A stretch of 64,000 nucleotides of DNA, taken from NCBI GenBank assembly GCA_017610205.1, contig JAFCCL010000009.1:1-64000 (forward strand), given 5' to 3'. Origin of the DNA: Candidatus Iainarchaeum sp. (lineage in GTDB: Archaea; Iainarchaeota; Iainarchaeia; Iainarchaeales; GCA-2688035). The translations under genes were made by a program, and so were the position numbers. How positions within the stretch are numbered: position 1 is the stretch's first letter; every line of letters begins with the position of its first letter. The notes beneath the pieces were generated by a model, which worked only from the letters and a program-made list of their open reading frames with translations, did not search any database and was not told the origin of the DNA. Below are positions 29,360 through 39,031 of this stretch, piece by piece.

Positions 29360-30862
29360 ATGAAATTTGAATTAAGAAATGGCCCTTGGAAAACTGTCTT
29401 TGAAGGAAATTTTCAAGGGCACGGAATGGAAATTTTGATAAACCCTGAACAGGTAATTCTTGTTGCAATTTATGAAAAAGAAGGACAGGAGATAACAGGA
29501 ATAGTATTGCAATCGTTTGCAGTATTCAGTGCTGTTGGCGAAGCAGAAACATTTATTGAAAGCATGCAAAAGGAAGCAATTATTCTTTCAAGGCATGATG
29601 GAAAGCACACTGTGCAGTTCCTTGCAATTGCAAGCAATCAGGTTTATGTAAAAAGTGAAGAGCAAAAGGTTTTGAAGTCAGTTGACAAATTGCTTGAAGA
29701 GGTTTCAGGTTCAGGAAACAAAATTGAATCCGTTGCAAAATCATTTGAATTACAGCTTACACCTCTTAAAAAATGCAGTTCTGCAATAAAACAATCTTTT
29801 TTCAGCCAGCCATTTATTATTCCAATGCTTGCAAAGGAAGCAAAAAGAATTGAAATAGAACAAGAGGAAGCAGAGCTTGAGTTAGGAGTCAGTGGAGCGG
29901 CAGTAATCCTTGGAATGACCAAGGCAGGCAAGCAGGTAAAAGAGCCGTTGCAAATGTTCCAAAGGACACTTGTTTCAGACGGAACCCTGCAGCAAAGGGA
30001 GGAATTTATCAGAATAGTTTCTGAAAGTTTTTTGCTTGCAAATACACCTGTTTTGATTTTTGACGAAGGAAACAGTTTTGAAGGCCTTGCACACCCTTCC
30101 AAAAATGCTTCCGAACTTCAAAGCCACGGAATCAAAATAGACCCAATGGGATTTCCAACAAAGGAATTCATAATTACAAAAAGCATTAAGATTAATGTAA
30201 ATGCCACAAGCCCAGAGGGCTTTATGCAATTATTCGGATGGAAAGACGAAGAAGCCGAAAAAATCATTTTGAATGCACTGAAAAAAAGCCAGGTTAAAGG
30301 GCTTGAACAGCTTTCAGACAATGTTGAATCGCTTGAAATCGAAAACCCTTTTCTAAAAAAAAGGATTGAGCGAGTACTAAATCTTATTGCAATAATTTAC
30401 CCCCAATTGTTTAACGGAAAAAACAATATTGAAGAAATTGTAAGAAGACCGTTCAAAAAAATTGGCAGGGCAAGCATTGTAAAAATGGGAGAAATTGACC
30501 CGAGAGCATTGACTCTTTTGCTTGAAAGCCTTTCAACAGAAATAATAAACTTTTTTAGCAAAAAAGGAGAGGCAAAAAACGCAAGGCTTTTGGTTGTAAT
30601 TCCAAGAATTGAAAGAATTTTTACAATAAAGGAAAACCTTGAATTGAAAGAATTCATTAGAATGCTTACTGAAATGAAAAGATTTGGAATAAGCTTCATA
30701 ATGGGAACAGAGAGAAGAAGCGATTTAAGCAAAGAGCTTATGCAAATATGCGAAACAAAGACAAGCATTATAAAAGAAAACGACGCAGCAATAGACTTTC
30801 CCGACAGCAAAAATTACAGAATTCTTGTAAGACCAAGCTTAAGCAGGGAAAAAATGGAATAA
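29360..30862 (+). CDS. HerA/FtsK/VirB4-like (DUF87-type) P-loop protein with degenerate Walker motifs
   Basis: PVLIFD and EMKRFGISFIMGTERRSDL match HerA context motifs; Walker A and B are not canonical. Confidence 0.65.
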   Translation: MKFELRNGPWKTVFEGNFQGHGMEILINPEQVILVAIYEKEGQEITGIVLQSFAVFSAVGEAETFIESMQKEAIILSRHDGKHTVQFLAIASNQVYVKSEEQKVLKSVDKLLEEVSGSGNKIESVAKSFELQLTPLKKCSSAIKQSFFSQPFIIPMLAKEAKRIEIEQEEAELELGVSGAAVILGMTKAGKQVKEPLQMFQRTLVSDGTLQQREEFIRIVSESFLLANTPVLIFDEGNSFEGLAHPSKNASELQSHGIKIDPMGFPTKEFIITKSIKINVNATSPEGFMQLFGWKDEEAEKIILNALKKSQVKGLEQLSDNVESLEIENPFLKKRIERVLNLIAIIYPQLFNGKNNIEEIVRRPFKKIGRASIVKMGEIDPRALTLLLESLSTEIINFFSKKGEAKNARLLVVIPRIERIFTIKENLELKEFIRMLTEMKRFGISFIMGTERRSDLSKELMQICETKTSIIKENDAAIDFPDSKNYRILVRPSLSREKME

Positions 30863-30897
30863 ACCCACCAAGAATTAAACAGCCTTCAGCTTTTTGA

Positions 30898-31374
30898 TTA
30901 AACTGCCTTAATTTTTTTTCCTTTTTTTACAGTTCTTGCCTTGACCTTTTTTCCTGCAAGCAGGTCTTTGGCCTGGTCTATTGTTACGAATTCCAGGGGA
31001 TTTATTGAGTCAACTACATAATGCATTTCCTGAACTTCTTCCTTGCTTGCAGTGTTTTCAGAAAGCTGCAGTACACTTGCTTCAAGTTCTGCAATTCTTT
31101 GAGTGCTTTCCTCAAGCCTGTCAACAAGCTCTTGAACCTGCTCGCTGTTAACTGCGCTCTGTCCGCCTATTTGGCCAGCGGCAATTTTTTCCTCAAATGC
31201 TTTGAGTTTTTTGTTTAAAACAATAAGGTTTCTGCCAAGAATTTTTTCATTTCTTACAACATACTTCATCTTTTGGGCAATTACAAGCAAACTGCTGTTT
31301 AGGGACCTTATATCCTGCTGTAATCTGCCTAAAAGGACTGATGCCTTAACTGTTTTTTTGCCATGAGAAGCCAA
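30898..31374 (-). CDS. Coiled-coil hypothetical protein
   Basis: Long heptad stretches; ends YVVDSINPLEF plus a basic tail. Confidence 0.7.
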   Translation of the reverse strand: MASHGKKTVKASVLLGRLQQDIRSLNSSLLVIAQKMKYVVRNEKILGRNLIVLNKKLKAFEEKIAAGQIGGQSAVNSEQVQELVDRLEESTQRIAELEASVLQLSENTASKEEVQEMHYVVDSINPLEFVTIDQAKDLLAGKKVKARTVKKGKKIKAV

Positions 31375-31481
31375 TGTTGTTTCACCTGTGTAATAGAACT
31401 ACAAACTAGTATTAAATAATTGGCAATACTGTTTAAAAGGTCAGGAAAGGTATAAAAAGTTCAGAGGAAGTAAATCTTTAC

Positions 31482-32345
31482 ATGGTAAAGCCTAGAAGGA
31501 TAACACAATGCAAGAAAGCAATTGCAGGGCAAATGATGCTGCAACACCCTAAGTTGTCACTATCAGCAATTATAGCAAATTTGAAACAAAAAAATCATAC
31601 AATGTCTCTTCCTTACCTATGCATTATTCGTAGCAAGCTAAGAAAGGAAGGCCATAACCTACCCAGAGGAGGGAAGATAAGAGAAGAATTGATGCAAAAT
31701 AAACCTGAAATAAAATTAATAAAATTAGGTTCCAAGACTGAAGCAGTAATAAAAGCTATTTATCATAATCCAAGAAAATCACCAAAAGAGATTAAGAAAA
31801 TGCTAGCAAATAAAAATATCAAGGTAGAACTTGGTATCATTTATAAAAATAGACCAAGCATGAAGCGCTGGTTTCCGGAAATTGATTTTTCTGTAAAACC
31901 AAAGCCAATTAAACTAACAAAACCACAGGAGGCAATGATTCCAGGATTTATAAGATTAGCTCGTAAAGCTATCTATTTCAAAGGCTCTAAAAAATGGACA
32001 TTGGAAACACAAAAGGAATTCAGAGAGTTTGTCCTCGCAAGAATAATACAAATGGTCAAAAAATTCAAATCAAAAAGGGCAAACGAAAAAACATTCATTA
32101 ACAAAGAAGTTGGATTCCTAAGAAAAGAATTCGTAAGGCAAAGCATTAAGAACGGAATGGGGATAACAGAACTGGAAGCAAAGCTAGTTATAAGAATTAT
32201 TAGAGAAAAAGCCAGAGGTAATAAAAACCACACAAAAATTGCCAAAAAACTAGAATGCGAAAAAGGAGAAGTAGACGAACTCTGGAGGGCATATCAGCTG
32301 TACCAGCGCATCCAGGGCAGAACAGGAAAAAAGAAAGAGCAGTGA
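31482..32345 (+). CDS. Highly basic protein with sigma-70 region 2-like and C-terminal HTH segments
   Basis: IIQMVKKFKSKRANEKTFINKEVGFLRKEFVR resembles region 2.2-2.4; TKIAKKLECEKGEV is HTH-like. Confidence 0.5.
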   Translation: MVKPRRITQCKKAIAGQMMLQHPKLSLSAIIANLKQKNHTMSLPYLCIIRSKLRKEGHNLPRGGKIREELMQNKPEIKLIKLGSKTEAVIKAIYHNPRKSPKEIKKMLANKNIKVELGIIYKNRPSMKRWFPEIDFSVKPKPIKLTKPQEAMIPGFIRLARKAIYFKGSKKWTLETQKEFREFVLARIIQMVKKFKSKRANEKTFINKEVGFLRKEFVRQSIKNGMGITELEAKLVIRIIREKARGNKNHTKIAKKLECEKGEVDELWRAYQLYQRIQGRTGKKKEQ

Positions 32346-32400
32346 ATTCTGCATTCTAATGTATTAAAATAATTTAGTTGATTGTAATTAAATAGAGCTT

Positions 32401-34803
32401 ATGACAAAAAAAGTTAAAGGCGTTCTTTTGGACGTTGATTATGTTTCAAGGGAAGGAAAAAGCACAATAAGGCTTTTTTTAAGGGAAGAAAAGGGAATTG
32501 GAATTTACAAGGATGTAAATTTTAAACCATACTTTTTTGTAAGGGTAAACCACCTTGAAAAGGCAAAAAAGACACTTAAGGAGAATGTGTTTGGTGAAGA
32601 CACAAAAATAGCGTCAATTGAAAGAGTTGAAAAGGCAAATTTTGGCAATGTTTTAAAGCTTGTATTTGAAAACGTACAGGACCTTATTATTGCAAGGGCA
32701 AATATAACAAGCCTGCCTGATATTATTGAAAAGTCAGAGTACGACATTCCTTTTGCAAAAAGATGGCTTTTGGACCACGAGCTTGAGCCAATGAACGGCG
32801 CAATTCTTGAAGTGGAAGGAGAAAAGGTTAGGAAAGCAGAGCTTTTTGAAATTGCCGAGCCAAAGTTTGCATCAGCTGCTTTTGACCTTGAAACCTACAG
32901 CCCTGGCCGTTTTAGTGATGCAAAAAAGGACCCTATTTTAATGGCGTCTTTTGCAACGCCAAAAAAAAGCATTGTGTTAAGCTATGGCAAGGGATTTTCT
33001 TCAAAAAAGGTTGAGTGCGTTGAAAACGAAAAAGAAACTATTAAGGCATTGACTGAAAGAATGAATGGAGGAAAGCTTGATGTTGTTGCAACATACAACG
33101 GCGACATGTTTGATTTTCCCTACATTAAGGAAAGGTCTGCAAAGTTTGGGTTAAGATTTGGCGTTGGAGCAGATGGTTCAGAGCCAAAAACAAGAAGCAA
33201 GGGACGGGACAATGCAGAAAGGCTTGTTGGAACACAGCATTTGGATGTTTATCAAATGCTTCGCTTTCTTTCAAGGTTTGGTGTTGTAAACCTTATAAAG
33301 TTTGATTTGGAAAGCGTTGTTGCAAGGCTTTACAATGTTGAAAAGGAAAAAATTAAGTTTGATGAAATCAACAGGCTTTGGGATGAAAGAAAAGACGTTG
33401 ACAGGCTTGCAGAATATTGTGCAGAGGATTCAGAGTATACGCTTAAGATTGCAGAACAGTATCTGCCACTTATTGTAGAACTTTGCAGGCTTGTAAAACA
33501 AAGCCTTTTTGAAGTTGGAAGGGCAAGTGCTTCAATGCTTGTTGAATATCTTATAATGGACAAGTGCAGGAAAACAAACATGCTGATTTCAAACAAGCCG
33601 GATGATGCCGCAATCCAGCAAAGGCTAATGCATCCGGTAAAAGGAGGCTATGTTAAAGAGCCGGAATCAGGTTTGCATGAAAACCTTGCTGTTTTGGATT
33701 TCAGTTCACTTTACCCAACCATTATTATCAGCCACAATGTCAGCCCTGATACAGTTGGCTGTGAGCACAAGGAATGCAGGGAGAAAAATTCTGCTCCGAA
33801 CGCACAGTGGTTTTGTTTAAAGGAAAGAGGGCTAATTCCAAAAATTTTGAAATCTTTGTTTGAAAAAAGAATGAAGATAAAAAAAGAAGCAAAGGCCCTT
33901 GACAAAAAGGACAAGAAATTTTTATTGTTGAATGCAAGGCAGCATGCATTAAAGATTTTGCTGAATTCGTTTTATGGTTACTTGTTGTACAGCAGAAGCA
34001 GGTTTTATTCAAGGGAAGCAGGTTCTGCAATTACTGCATGGGCAAGGCAGTATGTGCAATGGGTTGGAAAAGAGGCGGAGAAAGCAGGGTTTGGAGTTGT
34101 ATATGGCGACACTGATTCAGAATTTTTGTCCATCCCAAAAGGAAAGAACAGGCAGGATGTTGAAAAATTTGTTGAAAAGATTAACAAGCAGCTTCCAGGA
34201 GTAATGAACCTTGAACTCGAAGGCTTTTTTAAACGCGGAATTTTTGTCACAAAGGAAAGCGGAGAGGGTGCAAAGAAAAAGTATGCTTTAATAGATTACA
34301 AGGGCAATTTGAAAATTGTTGGCTTTGAATATGTAAGACGCGATTGGTCTACAATTGCAAAGGAAACCCAAAGGGAAGTAATTAGATTGGTTCTTGCAGA
34401 AGGAGACCCTGAAAAGGCATTGAAGAAAATAAGGAAAACAATTAATGCTTTGAGAAACGGAAAGGTAAGCAATTCAGAGCTTGTTGTTTTTACGCAGATT
34501 AAAAGAAAGCTTGACAAATATGAAGCTATTGGGCCACATGTTGCAGCTGCAAAAAAGGCAGTTGCAAAAGGCAGGGAAATTGATGTTGGAAGTGTTATTG
34601 GATACATTATTACCAAGAGCGGAAAAAGCATTAGTGACAAGGCACAATTGCAGGAATATGTAAAAGAAGGAAATTATGACGCAGATTATTATATTGAACA
34701 CCAGGTTGTTCCAGCAGTAATAAAAATAATGAGAGAACTTGGATACAGCAAGGAAGATTTAATTCAGGGCGGAAAACAGCACAAGCTTGCCTTTTTTGGC
34801 TAG
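32401..34803 (+). CDS. polB: Family B DNA polymerase (archaeal PolB)
   Basis: ExoI DLETY, ExoII YNGDMFDFPYI, ExoIII YCAED; motifs A DFSSLYPTII, B KILLNSFYGY, C YGDTDS. Confidence 0.97.
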   Translation: MTKKVKGVLLDVDYVSREGKSTIRLFLREEKGIGIYKDVNFKPYFFVRVNHLEKAKKTLKENVFGEDTKIASIERVEKANFGNVLKLVFENVQDLIIARANITSLPDIIEKSEYDIPFAKRWLLDHELEPMNGAILEVEGEKVRKAELFEIAEPKFASAAFDLETYSPGRFSDAKKDPILMASFATPKKSIVLSYGKGFSSKKVECVENEKETIKALTERMNGGKLDVVATYNGDMFDFPYIKERSAKFGLRFGVGADGSEPKTRSKGRDNAERLVGTQHLDVYQMLRFLSRFGVVNLIKFDLESVVARLYNVEKEKIKFDEINRLWDERKDVDRLAEYCAEDSEYTLKIAEQYLPLIVELCRLVKQSLFEVGRASASMLVEYLIMDKCRKTNMLISNKPDDAAIQQRLMHPVKGGYVKEPESGLHENLAVLDFSSLYPTIIISHNVSPDTVGCEHKECREKNSAPNAQWFCLKERGLIPKILKSLFEKRMKIKKEAKALDKKDKKFLLLNARQHALKILLNSFYGYLLYSRSRFYSREAGSAITAWARQYVQWVGKEAEKAGFGVVYGDTDSEFLSIPKGKNRQDVEKFVEKINKQLPGVMNLELEGFFKRGIFVTKESGEGAKKKYALIDYKGNLKIVGFEYVRRDWSTIAKETQREVIRLVLAEGDPEKALKKIRKTINALRNGKVSNSELVVFTQIKRKLDKYEAIGPHVAAAKKAVAKGREIDVGSVIGYIITKSGKSISDKAQLQEYVKEGNYDADYYIEHQVVPAVIKIMRELGYSKEDLIQGGKQHKLAFFG

Positions 34804-34842
34804 GGGAAAGCATTTTATTTGGAAAAGAACTAAAAGAATAGG

Positions 34843-37800
34843 ATGAAATTCGGAATTTTAATTTTGTGTTTATTTGCCTTGCTTTTGTTAAGCAATGCTA
34901 ATGCAGTATATGAGCTATGCGATTCTGTTGAAAGAGTTTCTGACCTAAACAACGTTACCTTTACATGCTATCTCACCACTTCAAAAATTGAATTTACACA
35001 GGATGACATAGACGACTTTTGGGAAGAAATACTTGCCGATGAAGATTATGTCAGTGAAAATCTGAAAATAGTTGAGTGGAAAATTGAAAGTGTTGTAGTA
35101 CAGGTTGCTGATGACATCAGATTTATTGAACCGCCTGGAATGGATATGCCGTGGGACATTATACTTACAGGAGATTCTAATACTACTCACGATTTTAATC
35201 AATCCGCTTCAACGCCTCTAAGGCCAGCAAACCAAACCGCAATCAAGAAAAGAATTGGCGGACTTCAAGAATTCTTTATTTCATTTGCACCACTTGGCGA
35301 AAGGAGAGGAGTAAGAAATATTACACTTGAAAAGCCAATAGAAGCGCTTGGTGTTTACATTTCAGGAAGTACTATAAAAAAAATGGATATAGATATTGAA
35401 GGAACACTTTCTCTTTCAGGCGGATACATTGAAAACTTGGATTTGTTAAAAGCAAAAAGCATTATCCTTTCAAACACAGCATATCTTCAAAATATTAATT
35501 CAATTAAAGCAGAAAATATTTCGCTGGAAAGCAACAGCTATATTAGAACTGTTGGAAGTTTTGATGAAACAGCAATAAAAATTGAAAACAGCGAAACAGG
35601 ACTTATTGTAAAAGGCAAAAGCTATATTGAAAACGTAAATGGATATATTGAAGTTGATTCTGACATTTATCTCGAAGAAGAATCAGGAATTAAAAACTTA
35701 TCATATACACCAAGCGAAACAATACAACTGATTCAAGCAGACAATCTTACATTAAAGGATGAAAGCTACATTCTTGGAATTGGGGGAAAGCCAGGGGAGA
35801 TAATACTTAGCGGAACACTTAGCCTTGAAAACAGCAAAATTATTGGCAGAGGCAACAACAAGCCATCAGGAGTAAAGGTAAATGGTATTTTAATGTCTGA
35901 CAATTCACTATTGCAGGGGTTTGAAGGCAATATAGAAGTTGAAGGAAAGGAAACATTTGTACTTGAAAGCGGAAGCATTATTGGAGAAGTTTTAGGAATA
36001 ATAAACAGCTGCAGCAAACTTTCAATGGATGGTAATGAAACAAAAATAAGGTTTTTGGAAAACAGTCCAAAGGAAGTTAAGGCAAATGGCATTGACCTAA
36101 ACAACGATGCAAAAATAGAATGCATTGGCGAAGCAGACTGCAATTATTTTTATATTTACCAAAGTTGTGACGTAGAACCAACAACAAATCTTGAAGTAAC
36201 AGAAAGCCAGTCAGGAAATGTCCCTTTTACTATTGGGTTTGTTGGAGAATGCAATGCAGAAGGAACACCAATAACATGCACAATTGATTTTGGAGACGGT
36301 TCAGGCTCAGAAGTGTTTGACACAAACGCAAGCCATACATATTTAACAGCAGGCTCTTTCAAAGCAGTGCTCACAGGGCAAACAACAGAAATGTCTACAA
36401 CAAGTGAAAAAACAATTGTGGTGGTTGAAGCAGGGGTAACCCCTCCAACAATTGAAGAAGTACAGGCTTCTCTTTCAGTACAAACTGTTCAAAATGGTGG
36501 CGAAGTAAATATAATACTGGAGTGCGATGACACTATTACGTCCTTTTCAATTGAAAACAATCTTGGACTTCCAGCAGTAACAACAATACCGAAACAGTGC
36601 CCGGCAACACTTGGACCTTTCAAAATACCTGAAACAACAGCCGCTGGAACTTACAGTTTTGTTGTAAAAGGAGCAACAAAAAATGGAACCGAATTTGCAC
36701 AAACACTGACAATTGCTGTTGAAACAAGGCCTCTTATTCCATGGCTTCCATTTGAGTTGGACGGCTTAATGATTTATGGAATTATTGGCATTGTTGGAAT
36801 TATTGCAGTAGTTGTAATAATAGTAATTATCAAAAAGAAAAAAGGAACCGGCAAAAAGAATGAAAAGAAAAACGAAGAAGATGAAAATAACATGGAAATA
36901 ACTGCCAAAGAACTTGGACAAAATCAGACACAAGTGCAATCAGGCAAAGAAAGACCACCATGGATGGTTAAAGAAACCGAAGACGAAGAGGAATACAAAG
37001 AAAAAACAGTGCAGGAAACAAAACCAGAACCAAAAGTGCAGAAAACAAAACCACAAGAAAAAGCAAAGCCAACAGAACAAAAACTAACAGAAATAAAACC
37101 TGCTAAACCAGTAGTTGGAAAAAAAGTTGAAATAAAACCAGTAGAAAAAAAAGGCGGGTTTTTGGGATTTTTAAAAAAGAAAAAAAAGCCTCCGGTTACA
37201 AAAGAAATTGAAGGAATTAAAGAACCAATGAAAATGCAGACAGCAACAAAACCAACAGCGGTAAAAAACCCGAAGAAAAAGCCAATAGTCGAAACTATTG
37301 CCAAACCAAAACCAATTGAAAAAATAAAACCAACGACAGAAGCAACAAAACCAATTGAAGTACCAAAACCAACCATTAAAAAAATTATTGAACCAAAACC
37401 AATTGAATCAACAAAACCAATTCAAGAAGAAACAAAACAAGTTGAATCAACAAAACCAATTCAAGAAGAAACAAAACAAGTTGAATCAACAAAACCAATT
37501 CAAGAAGAAACAAAACAAGTTGAATCAACAAAACCAAAATTTGAACAGGCGGAATCAACGCAGGTTGAATTGTCAAAACCTGCAGAAAAAAAGCCAGTGG
37601 AAGAAAAAGAAAGCCCTGGCTTTGCCAGACCAAAAATGACAAAGCCAGAGGACAAAAACCCTTCAAAAAGGTTTGAAAATTTGGTTGAACTAGTAAAAGG
37701 AACCGGCGGAAAAGTAAACGAAAAAACTGTTGAAATAAAGAAACCTGCAGTTGAAAGAAAGCCTGCAATACCTGTTTCAGAAAAACAGGCTTTGAAGCCA

Positions 37801-37977
37801 AACAAGCTAAAATCCGAAGAGAAGCATTATGCAACAGAAAAAAAGCAAGTTGGTGGAGAAATAAAAGAAACCGGAATGCAGGAAGCAGAAGACAAAAGTT
37901 GGTTTAAAAGAAAGAAAAAGGCTGTTGAAAAAAAGGAAGAAAAGCCCAAAGTACCTTCGTGGCTTAAGAAAAACTAA
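34843..37977 (+). CDS. Single-pass surface protein: signal peptide, beta-solenoid-like repeats, PKD domain, TM helix, long K/P/E-rich tail
   Basis: IDFGDGS...SHTYLTAGSF PKD signature; TM GIIGIVGIIAVVVIIVII followed by KKKK. Confidence 0.8.
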   Translation: MKFGILILCLFALLLLSNANAVYELCDSVERVSDLNNVTFTCYLTTSKIEFTQDDIDDFWEEILADEDYVSENLKIVEWKIESVVVQVADDIRFIEPPGMDMPWDIILTGDSNTTHDFNQSASTPLRPANQTAIKKRIGGLQEFFISFAPLGERRGVRNITLEKPIEALGVYISGSTIKKMDIDIEGTLSLSGGYIENLDLLKAKSIILSNTAYLQNINSIKAENISLESNSYIRTVGSFDETAIKIENSETGLIVKGKSYIENVNGYIEVDSDIYLEEESGIKNLSYTPSETIQLIQADNLTLKDESYILGIGGKPGEIILSGTLSLENSKIIGRGNNKPSGVKVNGILMSDNSLLQGFEGNIEVEGKETFVLESGSIIGEVLGIINSCSKLSMDGNETKIRFLENSPKEVKANGIDLNNDAKIECIGEADCNYFYIYQSCDVEPTTNLEVTESQSGNVPFTIGFVGECNAEGTPITCTIDFGDGSGSEVFDTNASHTYLTAGSFKAVLTGQTTEMSTTSEKTIVVVEAGVTPPTIEEVQASLSVQTVQNGGEVNIILECDDTITSFSIENNLGLPAVTTIPKQCPATLGPFKIPETTAAGTYSFVVKGATKNGTEFAQTLTIAVETRPLIPWLPFELDGLMIYGIIGIVGIIAVVVIIVIIKKKKGTGKKNEKKNEEDENNMEITAKELGQNQTQVQSGKERPPWMVKETEDEEEYKEKTVQETKPEPKVQKTKPQEKAKPTEQKLTEIKPAKPVVGKKVEIKPVEKKGGFLGFLKKKKKPPVTKEIEGIKEPMKMQTATKPTAVKNPKKKPIVETIAKPKPIEKIKPTTEATKPIEVPKPTIKKIIEPKPIESTKPIQEETKQVESTKPIQEETKQVESTKPIQEETKQVESTKPKFEQAESTQVELSKPAEKKPVEEKESPGFARPKMTKPEDKNPSKRFENLVELVKGTGGKVNEKTVEIKKPAVERKPAIPVSEKQALKPNKLKSEEKHYATEKKQVGGEIKETGMQEAEDKSWFKRKKKAVEKKEEKPKVPSWLKKN
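37403..37537 (+). repeat. Intragenic 39-bp tandem repeat, ~3.5 copies (ESTKPIQEETKQV)
   Basis: Copies start at 37403, 37442, 37481 and 37520 (partial). Confidence 0.95.
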
Positions 37978-38055
37978 AGGTTTGCTTTTTAAGGTGGTTT
38001 AAGGGCAAATATTTTACCTTTTTTGGAAAAAATAGGCTTTTTTGAGGTTTTTTTG

Positions 38056-38970
38056 ATGGAAAAAGAAGAAGCAGAAAAATACATTTTAGCGGGACAAATA
38101 GCAAAAAGCGTGGTTTCCAAAGCCAAAAAAGACATTAAACCAGGTCAAAAACTGCTTGAAATCGCGTTAAATATAGAAAAAAGCATTACATCTATAGCAG
38201 TGGATGGCAAAGAAAAGGCAAAACCTGCTTTTCCGGTAAATTTGAGTATTAACGAAAATGCTGCCCATTTTACTCCAGAAACAGGCTGTGAACTTGTTCT
38301 AAAGGAATCAGATGTTTTAAAGGTTGATTTAGGATGCCATATAGACGGCTTTATTTGCGACACGGCTTTTACACTAAATTTTGACAATTCTCATGCAAAA
38401 ATGATTGAGACAGCAGAACTTGCCCTGGAAGAAGGGCTAAAAATTGCTGTTGACAAAGCAGAATTGGGAAAAATTGGCACAGCAATAGAAAAGGCAATTA
38501 AAGGAAAAGGGTTTAATTCAATTCAAAACCTTTCAGGGCACGGACTTGGCCAATTTGAAACACACGCAAGCCCAAGCATTCCAAATATTGCTTCAGGAAA
38601 TTCAAAGCAATTAGAGGAAGGAAATGCCTATGCTCTGGAGCCGTTTGCAACAGACGGAGAAGGCTATGTAAGGGAAGGAATGCAAAGCGAAATTTTTGCA
38701 CTTGAAAAACCAGTTCTTGTAAGAAACCCACATGCAAGAAAAATGCTTGAAGTTATTGCCGAAGAATTCCAAACACTTCCATTTGCCTTAAGGTGGATTG
38801 AAGAAAAACTGAAAATGCCAGAATTCCAGCGCAAAGTAGCAGTAAGGGAACTGCTTAGAGCAAAGGCAATAAGATCCTTTCCAGTACTGCACGAACAACC
38901 AAGAAAAATCGTTGCACAAGCAGAAAAAAGCTTTATCCTATTTGACGGAAAGGCAACCGTACTTTGTTAA
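38056..38970 (+). CDS. map: Type II methionine aminopeptidase
   Basis: AFPVNLSINENAAHFTP, KVDLGCHIDGFICDTA, NLSGHG, ALEPFAT and the type II insert; ATG 38056 is the likely start. Confidence 0.95.
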   Translation: MEKEEAEKYILAGQIAKSVVSKAKKDIKPGQKLLEIALNIEKSITSIAVDGKEKAKPAFPVNLSINENAAHFTPETGCELVLKESDVLKVDLGCHIDGFICDTAFTLNFDNSHAKMIETAELALEEGLKIAVDKAELGKIGTAIEKAIKGKGFNSIQNLSGHGLGQFETHASPSIPNIASGNSKQLEEGNAYALEPFATDGEGYVREGMQSEIFALEKPVLVRNPHARKMLEVIAEEFQTLPFALRWIEEKLKMPEFQRKVAVRELLRAKAIRSFPVLHEQPRKIVAQAEKSFILFDGKATVLC

Positions 38971-39031
38971 TGCCTGCAAAAAAATAAGCAAAAGCAAGCT
39001 TTTTATACAAGAAAATTCATTAAATTGCAGA

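Noticed and set aside
29905-29940. GMTKAGK as a Walker A motif
   Set aside because: It lies upstream of the expected P-loop strand, matches the HerA pre-domain lG....g..v segment, and lacks the GK[ST] ending
32401-34803. Intein or inactivated PolB
   Set aside because: Normal length with all exonuclease and polymerase motifs intact and contiguous
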